Assembly (NCBI RefSeq): GCF_036365525.1
Contig: NW_027140645.1
Coordinates: forward strand, 186,001-250,000
Source: Heterodontus francisci
Lineage: Eukaryota
DNA: 64,000 bases
Direction: 5' to 3'
Position 1 is the stretch's first letter; the number at the start of each line of letters is the position of its first letter. The notes beneath the pieces were generated by a model that was not told the DNA's origin, searched no databases, and worked only from the letters and a program-made list of their open reading frames with translations. The translations under genes and the position numbers were made by a program. Positions 14,296-26,734 of the stretch are shown in pieces.

Positions 14296-15289
14296 TTAGT
14301 GCAGATGGGTTCACGAGTCAATGGGATGCATTGCTAGGGAGAAAAGGGATTGAGAGATTTGATGATAGCCATGGGGGTTTGTCATTTATGCAAGGGGGAC
14401 AGGATTGTTGGGCCCCTCCCACTACTCCTACCCCTCGCCCAGCCGCCCCTTCCCTCACCCAGCCAATGCTCCTCAATCCTATCACCGAATCCTACTAATC
14501 CTGCCTCTCTCCCACCCCAATTGAAAATGCAACCTGGCGATACACTGGATTGGGGTGTAGAATCACATAATAGAATTCTTGCATGATAGTGTGATTGAAG
14601 GGAGTCATGGGCCCCACAGTTCCAAGGATTGAATTAATAAAAACACACAAAGAATGGAAAGGGCATGAGAAATAAAATAAAAGCCTTTTTTAAAAAAATA
14701 ATGCCAAAGAATGAAAGAAGGAAATATGTAAAAGGAAATGATGTTTAAGTTCAGAAAGGAAGGAAAACAGAAGGACAGGAGAAATTTAAGGAAAGGGAAT
14801 CCCAGGAATTGTGCTAACGAAGAGGCCTAATGTTTCAGAAACTGTCCTGTGTTGGAAGATAAGCCTAATGAATGTGTGTAGAGTCAGATACAATTCAGCT
14901 ACTGGTCTGTGTTGCATGTGAGCTCTTGTCTCTCAGAATGATACAGCACAGGAGGCCATTCAGCCCATCACACCTATACTGGCTCTTTGAAAGAGCTCTC
15001 CAAGTAGACCCACTACCCTGCTCTTTCACCATAGCCCTGAAAATTTCTCCTCAGGTATTTATCCAATTCCCTTTTGAAAGTTACTATTGAATCTGCTTCC
15101 ACCACCCTTTCAGGCAGCACATTGCAGATCTTCATAACTCACTGTAAATACTCCCTCACTCTAATACTTAAGTTTTGAATGTGTTATTTCTGGAGCTGCA
15201 GGAAACTCGAATCAGTTCCCTCGATCCCAGACCCTGTTCAATTGAAATGACTGATGTTTGCCACCTGGCCTGGATTCTGCATTAACTGA

Positions 15290-15493
<204 letters not shown>

Positions 15494-16228
15494 TAATATT
15501 GTCGGGTCCTCTCGGGAGATCCTGATTCTGGGGCCTGGGACGGGAGGAGCAGATCTCAACACATACACAATTTCAGCACCTCTGGGCTGGAGGAAGATCA
15601 GCCAGGTCTCTGTTATCATTTTCGAATGTACCCTGAGTAGAAGAGTAAGAGCTGATCTAATTGAGGTGTTTAAGATGATTAAAGGAGTTGACGGAAGATA
15701 GAGAGAAACTATTTCCTGTCTCATGGGGAATCCAGTACAAGGAGGCATAAGCTTAAAATTAGAACTAGGCCATTCAGGGATACTGTTTCTTCAGAGTTAT
15801 GGAAATCTGGATCGCTTTCCTCCCCCCCCCCCCCCCCCCCCACTCCCCCCAAAATACTGTTGAGTTTGATGGAGTTTTTTTAGACAAAGGTATTAACTGT
15901 TACAAAACCAAGGTGGACTGATGGAGACAAGGTACAGATCAGCTATCTAATTGAATAGTGGGACAGGCTTGAGGGGCTGAATGGCCTCCTCCCGGTGAGG
16001 AAATTGTTCCGATGCACCCTGCAGTGGAATAGCCCACTGGCCCGTTGGGAAGACCTGTGGGACCAATTCTTGGCATGTCAGCATCTTCAGGAATGGGGTA
16101 AGTGGAATCTCACCTCCCTTGCTCCCGTGTAACACCCATGCCTGGTTCCCACGCTCAGCGTTGCTGGAGTGGCTGCACAGATTTCACTGCCCATCCTCGA
16201 AGCAAAAGGCTGACACTTTTTATATTAA

Positions 16229-16408
<180 letters not shown>

Positions 16409-16499
16409 TGAGGGACTGTTCTTGCCCTCTCACTCCCTCCGTTGAATCACATGATGTGGTATTAACTCGTGTGTGAAATTGCTTCCAGTGAGGAACGTT

Positions 16500-16895
16500 T
16501 GCCCAGTGCCTGCCTCGCTCTCTGTTCACCCACATGTAAATTTAAAATTCTCTTGTTTTCAAATCCTTCCATGGCCACGCCCCTCCCAATCTCTGTAATC
16601 TCCTCCTGCCCCACAACCCTCCAAGATCACTACACTCCTCCAATTCTGACCTCTTGAGCATCCCCGATTTTAATCATTCCACCATTGGCGGCTGTGCCTT
16701 CATGGCCCTAATCTCTAGAATTCCCTCCCTAAATCCCTCTCCCCTCCTTTTAAAATGCTCCTTAAAACACAAGTCTTTGATCAAGATTTTGGTCAGCTGT
16801 CCTAATATCTCCTTGTGTGTCACATTTTATCTGATAACGCTCCACTGCAACACATTGGGACATTTCACTACGATAAAGGTGCTATATAAATGAAG
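16500..16895 (+). mobile_element. L2-like LINE 3' fragment
   Basis: FKILL...pyrimidine-rich L2-type end finishing aaaggtgctatataaatg; related copies at 31668-32030 (-) and 3828-3970 (+). Confidence 0.7.
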
Positions 16896-17180
16896 GTATG
16901 GATCATATGTCCCTTTGACCATTGGGTCAGAATCCTGGAATTTCCTACCTAATGTCATGAGTGCGCCATCACCTCACGGACTGCAGTGGTTCAAGAAGGT
17001 GCATCAGAGCAACTGGGGTGGACATTAAATGCAGCCCTGCCAGTGTTGTCCACATCCCAAGAACAAACAAGTAAACAGACACATTACATACTGCAATGTC
17101 AGACTGATCAGAAGCTCATACTGCAATAAAGCTCAGGGGTCTGATGTTTTTTTTACAAGTTCTTTGTCCTTTTGTTTCAG

Positions 17181-17261
17181 ATGCAGAGTGAGATGGGCAG
17201 AGATGTCTTTGACTTCACAATCAACACTGTGCAAGTCAATAGCCAGGACAAGTATTTAATA
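17181..17261 (+). CDS. RHOT2: RHOT2 coding exon (cGTPase)
   Basis: tttcag|ATG...ATA|gtgagc; MQSEMGRDVFDFTINTVQVNSQDKYLI. Confidence 0.92.
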
Positions 17262-17615
17262 GTGAGCATCAAACCACTCAATGACCTGAGGCCTTAGAAT
17301 AACAGGCGATGGAGGATTAGTATCAATGCAGTAATAAATTTCTTCCAGCAGAATTACTGCCATTAACAACATCTAAAGACTCAAAATAGATGTTAATATC
17401 TGACTGCAGTATACTCCTTTCTTAAACTGTGGGTTTTGGATCTGTTGTGCGGTGGCAGGGGGGCGTTGTACTGCCCGGTTATATGTGTACTCGCCCTCCC
17501 GGTATATTTGTGCGTGTATTCACCTTGTGTGTCTTTCCCTGCGTGTCTGTGTGTGTGTCTCTCTTAATGTATGCCTCTGTCCCATCTTTATCTATCTCTG
17601 TTTCTGCTGCAGTCT

Positions 17616-17960
17616 CTTTTTTTTATTTAGAGATACAGCACTGAAACAGGCCCTTCGGCCCACCAAGTCTGTGCTGACCAACAACCACCCATTTATACTA
17701 ATCCTACATTGATCCCATATTCCCTACCACATCCCCACCTTCCCTCAATTCTCCTACCACCTACCTACACTAGGGGCAATTTACAATGGCCAATTTACCT
17801 ATCAACCCGCAAGTCTTTGGCTGTGGGAGGAAACCAGAGCACCTGGTGGAAACCCACGCGGTCACAGGGAGAACTTGCAAACTCCGCGCAGGCAGTACCC
17901 AGAATTGAACCCGGGTCGCTGGAGCTGTGAGGCTGCGGTGCTAACCACTGCGCCACTGTG
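17616..17960 (-). mobile_element. HE1/V-SINE-like tRNA-derived SINE
   Basis: Reverse complement of 46805-47123. Confidence 0.85.
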
Positions 17961-18032
17961 TCGACTGTGTCTGTATGTGTCTCTGCATCCAGCTATACAA
18001 TTATATGCTCACTTGTGCTTTCTGTGCCCTAG

Positions 18033-18155
18033 CTGCATGAGGTGGATGTTGATACTGAGTTCCTGAAGGCCTCCAGTGCTTCCTGTGATGTTGCCTGTCT
18101 GATGTATGATATCACTGATGCCAAATCCTTCAACTACTGTGCCAGTATTTACAAG
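18033..18155 (+). CDS. RHOT2: RHOT2 coding exon (cGTPase)
   Basis: ccctag|CTG...AAG|gtaagc; LHEVDVDTEFLKASSASCDVACLMYDITDAKSFNYCASIYK. Confidence 0.93.
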
Positions 18156-18339
18156 GTAAGCTGCTGTCTGCTCGACATAACTAACAGGCCAGTATGTGGA
18201 ACAGGCTTGAGGAAGAGTTGCACGCCTCTGTCCTACCCTGTGCACTCCAGGGTGATTGCCCTTTGTCAACCTAGGAATGAGGAACGAAAATCTTGTATTT
18301 ATACAGAATTTTATTATTACTCTTGGCGCATCCCAATGT

Positions 18340-18630
18340 GTTAAACCGAGGCCCTGTCTGCTCTCTCAGCTAGATGTAAAATAACCGTGGCAATATTCTG
18401 AAGAGGACCAGGAGAATTCTCCCTGAGGTCCTGGGCCAACGTTTATCCATCAGAGCACACCAAATACAGATTATCTGATCACCATCACATTGCTGTTTGT
18501 GGGAGCTTGCTGTGCACAAATTGGCTGCCGCATTTTCTACGTTTCAACAGTGAGCACGCTTCAAACAACAGGACTTCATTGGCTGTAAAGCACTTTGGGA
18601 CATTGTGAGGTTGAGAAAAGTGCTATAGAA
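18340..18630 (+). mobile_element. SacSINE1/DeuSINE-like SINE, 5'-truncated
   Basis: gttaaaccgaggccctgtctg...gtaaagcactttgggac. Confidence 0.72.
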
Positions 18631-18959
18631 TTGAAAGTTCCCCCTTTGCCCTGCCTTGATGTCGAACAGAAACGGTCAGAGAGAGGCCCATTTCTTGTAC
18701 TGGCAATGAGAGAGATAGACGCTCCTGCAGATGCCCATATATGGGAATCATTGACATCACCAGTAGAGTGGAGATTTTCACTGTGTTCCAGTGGCGGGGA
18801 TTGGGGGAGGGGTGTGTAAAGAGTCCAATATCGGATCTTCCAACCGTTATACACGCTGTCCAATTTCCCTCTCCGTTAACTTCCAACAGAAAGAAAAGTT
18901 GGGCAGGGTGTATAACGGGTGCCCCGTCCGGTATGGATCACTCCAGGTGAAGTGAGAAG

Positions 18960-20123
18960 TGGCAGCATTTATTGCCCATCCACAATTGCCCTTGAGAAGG
19001 TGGTGGTGAGCTGCTGCAGTCCATGGGGTGTAGGTACACCCACAGTGCTGTTAGAGTCATAGCGTTATACAGCACAGAAACAGGCCCTTCAGCCCATCGT
19101 GTCTGTACCGGCCATTGAGCACCTAACTATTCTAATCCCATTTTCCAGCACTTGGCCCGTAGCCTTGTATGCTATGGCGTTTCAAGAGCTCATCTAAATA
19201 CTTCTTAAATGTTGAGGGTTCCTGCCTCTACCACCCCTTCAGGGAGTGCGTTCCAGATTCCAACCACCCTCTGAGTGAAAAAGTGTTTCCTCAAATCCCC
19301 TCTAAACCTCCTGCACCTTGCCTTAAATCTATGCCCCCTGGTTATTGATCCCTATGCTATGGAAAAAGTTTCTTCCTATCTAACCTATCAATGCCCCTCC
19401 ATAATTTTGTATACCTCAATCATGTCCCCCCTCAGCCTTCTCTGCTCTAAGGAAAACAACCATAGCCTTTTCAGTCTCTCTTCATAGCTGAAATGTTCCG
19501 GCACAGGCAACATCCTGGTGAATCTCCTCCGCACCCTCTCCAGTGCAATCATATCCTTCCTATAATGTGGTACACAGTACTCTAGCTGTGGCCTAACTAG
19601 CATTTTATACAGTTAGGAAAGGAGGAAGGGAGTTCCAGGATTTTGACCTAGAGACAGTGAAGGAACAACGATATAGTTCCAAGTCAGGATGGTGTGTGAC
19701 TTGGAGGGGAACTTGCAGGTGGTGATGTTCCCTTGTGTCTGCTGCCCTTGTCCTTCTAGATGGTAGAGGTCGTGGGTTTGGAAGGTGCTGTCGAAGGAGG
19801 CTTGGTGAGTTGCTGCAGTGCATCTTGTAGATGGTACACACTGCTGCCACTGTGCGTCGATGGTGGAGGGAATGAATGTTTGTAGATGGGGTGCCAATCA
19901 AGCGGGCTGCTTTATCCTGGATGGTGTCGAGCTTCTTGAGTGTTGTTGGAGCTGCACCCATCCAGGCAAGTGGAGAGTATTCCATCACACTCCTGACTTG
20001 CGCCTTGTAGATGGTGGACAGGCTTTGGGGAGTCAGGAGGTGAGTTACTTACCGCAGGATTCTCAGCCTCTGACCTGCTGTTGTATCCACAGTATTTATG
20101 TGGCTACTCCAGTTCAGTTTCTG
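18960..20123 (-). mobile_element. 3' fragment of the same LINE family, split by a CR1 insert at 19055-19611
   Basis: Reverse complement of about 29365-29965. Confidence 0.88.
19055..19611 (-). mobile_element. CR1/HER1-like 3' fragment nested in an older LINE fragment
   Basis: LVRPQLEYC...LEQRRLRGDMIEVYKIM; flanked by GTTAG direct repeats. Confidence 0.88.
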
Positions 20124-20150
20124 TTACATTCTTGGTTTGTGTCTCTGCAG

Positions 20151-20353
20151 GAACACTACATGGAGAGCAGAATCCCCTGCATCTTTGTGGCATCGAAGGC
20201 TGATTTGCCGGAACAAAAGCAGGAACAAGGAATCACGCCTGTAGAATTCTGCTACAAGCACAGACTCCCAGCCCCGTTTCATTTCAGCTGCAACAGCGAC
20301 GAAGCAACAAACTCACAGATCTACTCTCGGCTTGCACTCGCTGCAGCATTCCC
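20151..20353 (+). CDS. RHOT2: RHOT2 coding exon (cGTPase, SKADL)
   Basis: ctgcag|GAA...CC|gtgagt; EHYMESRIPCIFVASKADL...IYSRLALAAAF(P). Confidence 0.94.
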
Positions 20354-20821
20354 GTGAGTATTGCGGAATATTCCCAGCTTTGCCAGAGGATTGTTGTGAG
20401 GCTTTAGGAGACTTTATGCTTCTCTCGGTGCTGGTGGTCACTGGTTTCCCTACAAGGCAGGGTTGGGTAGACACTGGATCGATGGGCAGGTCATTTCAGC
20501 TGGAAAGGGATTAGTGTTACAGGTGGAACTGGGAGTGGGAGAGGTGGGGATGTCATTGGGTTGTGCCAGAGCTGAGGGTGTGAATGGGGAGGAAGGATGT
20601 GGTTGTGTTTTGAGGAGTGAAGAGTATTGTAGGTTGAGTATAAGGTAGAGGTGAATGAGTTGGATCATTGGACTATTCTGGCCCTGATTAAAGTACTTGT
20701 CTCTTGTACGAGGTGACGTCCCCAGCCAGGAACAGGCTCATCTCCCGCTTAAAGGAATTCAGCATCCACCACACGGGCCTGTTCCAGAGAGCGACTGGGA
20801 GAAGAACCACTTCCTGGACAT

Positions 20822-21452
20822 GGAACATAGGAACAGGAATAGGCCATTCAGCCCATTGGACCTGCCCCACCATTCAATAGGCTGATCATCCACTTCAATA
20901 CCTTTTCCCCGTACTATCCTCTTATGTCATTTGTATTTAGAAATATATCAATCTCTGCTTTAAACATACTCAATGACTGAGCTTCCACAGCTCTCTGGGG
21001 TAGAGAATTCCAAAGATTCTGAGTAAAGAAATTTCTCCTCATCTCTGTCCTTAGTGGCTTCCCCCTTATTTTGAAATTGTGTCCCCTGGTTCTAGACTCC
21101 CCAACCAGGGGAAACATCTTAGCTGCATCTACCCTGTCTATCCCTTTAAGTATTTTGTAGGTTTCAATGAGATCACCTCTCATTCTTCGAAACTCTAGAG
21201 AATACAGGTCCAGTTTCCCCAATCTCTCTCCATAGGACAGTCCCGCCATCCCGGGAACAAGTCTGGTGATCCTTCGTTGCACTCCCTCTATGGCGATAAT
21301 ATCCTTCCTAAGGAAAGGGGACGAAAACTGCACACAGTTCTCCAAGTGTGGTCTAACCAAGGTTCTATACAATTGAAGCAAGACTTCACTACTCCTGTAC
21401 TCAAATCCTCTTGCCATAAAGGCTAACACACCATTAGCCGCCTTAATTGCTT
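20822..21452 (-). mobile_element. CR1-like LINE 3' fragment
   Basis: 171-aa ORF LYRTLVRPHLENCVQF...RRMRGDLIETYKILKG...NLWNSLP. Confidence 0.9.
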
Positions 21453-21842
21453 GATCTGGCTTTAAATAACTTGAGTTTGTGAGCCCTGGTTCTCCCTAAC
21501 CTATTTAGTTGATCATTTTATGAACCTCATGTTGCTGTGTCACATTGGGATTCGAGCCTCACTGGACCAGTTTTCCGAGAGAGCGCGGCTCCTGAACTTG
21601 AATGTGTTCACCAGTCATTGGGATCTGCAGGATTCGCACAGCCAGGTTTCTGTCAACACCAGTGTGGGTGATGCCATGACTGAGGGAGTTGTCTGCACTA
21701 CAATCTGTGGAGATACTGCAGCAGTCTGCTCACAGTAGCTCAGCTTTGGGGGGGTGATGGTCAGACGTATGATGTACAGGAACTATGTTTACAGCTCACA
21801 GCAGGTTCTCCCAGAAGCCAGACTTCCCACAGAGCTATCCAT

Positions 21843-21971
21843 GGGTTGGGGGATGACTGACTGTCTGAGAGTGGAGGTGTGTTCAGGGTTGGGGGATGAC
21901 TGACTGCCTGAGAGCGAAGGTGTGTTCAGGGTTGGGGGATGACTGACTGCCTGAGAGCGAAGGTGTGTTCA
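21843..21971 (+). repeat. 43-bp tandem repeat x3 in the last RHOT2 intron
   Basis: gggttgggggatgactgactg(c/t)ctgagag(c/t)g(a/g)aggtgtgttca starting at 21843, 21886 and 21929. Confidence 0.9.
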
Positions 21972-22144
21972 GACCTCCCCCCGGAAGCATGTATTTGCAT
22001 TGATGATTTTCATGTGATGATCACATCTCATTTGCATATTCACAGAAGCTGTAACATTGGGTTCTTTGCATTGTTACATCTGTGCCCACAGCGCTCTCCC
22101 TTTTCTCCTCACTGACTGCCTTTTCTCTCTTGCATCTTCTGCAG

Positions 22145-22262
22145 TGACCTGAACGAGGCAGAGCTCAGCATCACATCCTTCTGGCTGCGAATCACATTCG
22201 GAGCCACCATCATTGCCTTCTTGGGACTCGGCATCTATAAAGCACTGGCCAGGCAGAAATAA
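22145..22262 (+). CDS. RHOT2: RHOT2 last coding exon (mitochondrial outer-membrane tail anchor)
   Basis: ctgcag|T GAC...TAA; DLNEAELSITSFWLRITFGATIIAFLGLGIYKALARQK*; hydrophobic TM plus basic tail; the 15 exons sum to 1635 nt in frame. Confidence 0.94.
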
Positions 22263-24111
22263 CAGGAGACAGCTGGCCAGCACAGCAGCAGGGGAGAGGA
22301 GGGGAGGGGAGGGGTAGCGAGCGCTGATCTGCCTTCCTGTAGGATTTTATCCACAGATATCTTTGGGGAGGGGTGCGAGGAAGAGAAGCAGTCTCTTTAA
22401 AGTTGGAAGAACTGAATAAGCAGCTCGTGGTGCCCAAGTATTTTGACACGACATGTAGGAATGGGCTGCTTTTTCTATAGCTGCTAAAAGTGTCTACTGG
22501 ACAGGAGACTTGACTAGTCTGAGTTGTGGAAAGTTAGTTTAACTGGCTTCCCGATTGCTCAGTCAGCAGCTAACACCAGTGTGTGTTTAGCTCTGCACCT
22601 TACCCCCTCAATGTTTGGTCACCGTATTCTGCCCTTTCTGCTGCCTCCCTCTATCCCACGAAGCAGCTAGTCATCTCCACCAGCAAAGCCCTGGTTAATC
22701 TGCAAGCAGCACATTTTTCTGGCAACATATTTTAAATTAAGACTCTGGGAACATGTTTCTGATTGAAAAGTAAAATGCCTCTTCTAAAGTTGTCAGGTGA
22801 ACAAAAACCAGGGTACGTCAGGAAGATACGAGAAACTAAGTGTTTCTCACTATTTTTATACCAGAATTTTTAACTCAATGTGAATAGCTCACAATGTATT
22901 TTTTTCATTTAAGGAAAAGAATACCCAAGGTTGTTTCATCGTATTTTTTGGTATTGTTGGTGTAGAGGCCACACCCTCCTGTCATCTCTGCAGGTTCTGG
23001 CCGAGTAAACTGTGGAAATCGATTCTACAGAAGCCTGTGCTTTCTCAGTACAGTCCGGTTAGTGTCTGTCTCTGTATGTAGCAGAGAGGCCACCTGTACA
23101 CCCACAACCACCTGTTCTGAAGCAGCACCAAATATCTCTCTTTACCATTTTAGTTCTCATGAACTGTGTGTAAAATCTCATGTCTGGATAAACAGGTAAA
23201 AGGTTATGTCACAAACCCATCTGTTATAGAAATGATGCACTAACTGTACAATTGGCTGCAGCTTTTACCTACATACACTAACTACACTTCAAAAAACGTA
23301 ATTTATTGAACGTGAGCTGCTTTGAAATGTTCTGAGGCTGAAACTCTTTCTGTAATCACTTGTTTTCAATAGTTATCCGTGGCCTTTCCTGAATTCTACT
23401 GAAGATTCAAATCTCAGTTACATAAATATTTCCTTAACCGTTGACTTTTCTGTGTTCCTTACTTCCTGTGTTGAGATCCTAACAGTAATTCACGTCCCAG
23501 GGCATGATGTTCAGAACATAGAAACAGAAGGAGGCCATTCAGCCCTTGAGCCTGTTCTACCCCATTCAATAAGATCATGGTTAATCTCCATCCACTCACC
23601 TTCCCTCTGAAACCACTTGGTTTTGTATTGTTGCCATTATTTGACTGATGATGGCGACTCTGCCAGTGTCCTTATCACATCATTGATCACAGGCCTGTCT
23701 CACTGGCTTTGAGATTCACTGCACTGGATCATACTTGTGAGAGTCTGTGATAGTTCCTTTTTGTTTAAAAAAAAAATAGTATTTTCTTAAATGCAGTGTC
23801 CCATGTTTAACTGTCCTGTGATGTACATTCTTTAATCAAAAACTTAACTAATATAAAATAGTCACAAACATTAATACACAGAGAATAAGAGAATACTTCT
23901 GGGACTCAAATTCCTCATCCACTCTGTGTCTTACTGCTAACCTGTTAAAGGGCAGAGCGGCCATTAACTAAGGTTCTCTGATACTTTGTGCCTAACTTTT
24001 TGTAAGTGTTGAATGTTTGAGCTTATAACGTGAGAAAAGCAAATGTTGGCGACTGGGACATTTCCCCATTTCGGGTGCTCTCTCTCAGCTCAGTCAGATA
24101 TTGCTGAATAA

Positions 24112-24450
24112 AGAATGTAAGAAATAAGAGCAGGAGTAAACCATTCGGCCCTTCAAGTCTGCTCCACCCTTCAATGTGATCATGGCTGATTTTTTTTTTT
24201 ATTACCTTAGCTCCACTATCCCTCCCTATCACCATATCCCTGGATTTCCTTAGTGCTCAAAACTCTATCGACCTCAGTCTTGAATATACCTATCGACCGA
24301 GTGTACTCTGGGGTAGAGAATTCCAAAGATTCACAACCCTCTGACTGAAGAAATTTCTTCTCACAGTTCAGTCCTAAATGGTTGACTCCTTTATTCTGAG
24401 ACTGTGTTCCCACTAGTTCTAGACTGTCTCAATATCTACCATGTCAAGCC
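24112..24450 (-). mobile_element. CR1-like 3' tail fragment
   Basis: Similar to the 20822-21100 copy (ggggtagagaattccaaagattc...). Confidence 0.7.
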
Positions 24451-26676
24451 CTCTGTGTTGTACCACCAATGTGCCCTAGCTCCGGTTAGGGAAAAACAGC
24501 TTTTCGACTTCCATTTCTGGGGCAGCAGCTGTCAATCACATTCTCTAACTTGGCCAAGAACTGCACTGACACTTGATTAAAAGCAACATTTCCATTGTGT
24601 CGTTCTTGCAGTTTGCTTGCAGCACCAAAGATATTTTGGGATGTCGCAGTTAGATTCCAGTGCTGTAGCTCCAGAATGGCATCACTTGAACAGAATTGGG
24701 ATGCTATCACGTTGACATCATCCAGGTGTGGTCCCTGTGGAGCATAAACACCAGCATAGGCCAGTTGGCCTGTTTCGGTGCTGTAATTTCTATGTCTCTG
24801 AGGGATATTTACCACTCTGAATTTCTTTGGCAAGTAATTAAATTGATTGAGGGTTTTAAGGCAAGTCAGGACTGGTGATACTGTAGAAGCTATCACTGTG
24901 CTTTGATTAAATAGAGTAAGTTGTGTCTTCACGCTCATCCAGGTGATGGGAGGTACACTCGAAAATATTACCACCGCCAAGCAATTGAACTGTCATGCAG
25001 ACTGGACATAGCGTTTGTTCCAATACCAAACTCGCTCTGACTGTACCTGACCAGCAGAACACTCTTGGGTCTGTTCCATTCCTCATTTGCATTCCAATAG
25101 CTTTTATGTGCCAGTTTGGAAAAGGGATTGTTGGTTTTGTAGGACAAGATTAAACTGGGCAGTGTCGTCTGTGAACTGGATCTAAAATATCCAAACTCTC
25201 ACTACGTTTGCATTCTTCTAAATACAAAGCAAAGTGAGATTGAATCATACAGCACAATAGGTGGCCATTCAGCCTATTGTGCCTGTGCTAGCTCTAAGAG
25301 CTATCTGATTAATCCCACTCCCTTACTCTTGCCCCATAGCCCTGCAAATTTCTCCTTTTTCCTGTAGAAATATGGCATGTTTTCTGCAATCATTTTTTAA
25401 AAAATGCTAAATTTAGTTTTGCTTTTTCGTCCTGTTATTTTTGCCACTTTTTCTCTGAATCCAAAACATCCACTAATTTGCAGAAGGCTATTCAAACCGG
25501 GTAGCTGTATTTCCAAGCTCCAGTGCTGCTCCAATTCTGCTGGCTGGAGTTGATTCCGAAAGGCTCCTCTGTCACTGCCACTGCACAGTGCTGCAGCTGG
25601 TTTCAGGAACATGATGTGGTGAATCACGGGCACTCACCCATGCCCATCTCTTTGGACCCTGTCGTCTGCTGCTCACCAGGGGAAAGATGGCCTGTACACT
25701 TCTCCTGCTGTGCAGGAAAAAAAAATCTGTGCCTGAACTGCAGTGTCAGCTGGTGCTTTCTCCCATTTCCCCAAACTACACCAGTAGAATCAGGTCGAGC
25801 AAGTGTCTTGATGTGGGGGACTTTCACTCCCCAAAAGGTCAAGCCCTCTCGACTCTCCCTTGCCAGTCTCCCAATCATCCAACCCAATATGAGTTTACTG
25901 CTCTCTCAATAAATTGTCTGATCCTGTTCACTCTGTGAGCAGGTATGTTTACATGTCAACTTGGTATGTTGGTGTGTACATTGGGGTTGTGTCTCGTGCT
26001 CCTGTTTGGCCATTGCATGGCTCATCATTGAATGGTTTCGACCAATATCAGCAGCCAAGGAAATTTTCTTGATGCCCCTTTCACTTGAAGCCACTCTTTG
26101 CTTCCCTTTTTGAATTTGGACCTCATTCTCTTTTTCTCTTCTGTTGGCAGGGACCCCTCACTGGGCAGCAGTTGCTCTCTGGTACCTTGGCCCAATCTTT
26201 AATCACATGTGAGTCTTGCTAGTGAGGGTTGCAGACTATTTGACCCCACCGGGACCTGCCCTGATCCAATATCCATGGAGTTCCTTTCCCCGCTCTACCC
26301 ATAGTCCGAGGGCACACGCCAATTACTGGTCCACCCTCAGCAAACATCAATTACTTCGCACAGGCCAGAGATTAAACCTGACACCTTCCAGTCTCTGTCG
26401 CTGCACCAAGTCATCAGGATTCACCTGTTCCCCGATTACATCTTCTTCAGATTGTGCTCAGTAACTGGAATTTACTTTGCTCCTGTTTGTCAAAAAATTG
26501 TCATGTTGTAAAATTCTTTGTGTCAATATACAGAACCACTGTTATTTTTCCTTGTGATTTTTTAAAATGAGACTTTCTGTACCTGTCCTGTTAATGGAAA
26601 GATAAATATATTTTCAGATTTTACATTTTGATTTTGTGTTGGACTGCATTTCTACAGGGTTATTTTGAATAATGCA

Positions 26677-26682
26677 AATAAA
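26677..26682 (+). promoter_or_regulatory. Possible distal RHOT2 polyadenylation signal
   Basis: AATAAA at the end of a U-rich UTR-like stretch; other candidate signals exist nearer the stop. Confidence 0.25.
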
Positions 26683-26734
26683 TGTCAAATTCCCCTGGCT
26701 GGTTTAGTACAGCGTTGTCCAGTATGTTAATCAC

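Noticed and set aside
19818-20357. 179-aa ORF as a LINE-Miro fusion protein
   Set aside because: An antisense LINE frame runs by chance into the RHOT2 exon; a canonical acceptor at 20150 explains the coding part
26140-26420. Possible ancient SINE remnants (also 31230-31545)
   Set aside because: Only faint tRNA-like head similarity on the - strand; too degraded to assign without a search
22263-26700. Short ORFs (60-164 aa) downstream of RHOT2 as genes
   Set aside because: No recognisable domains or exon structure; the region looks like 3' UTR/intergenic DNA with repeat remnants
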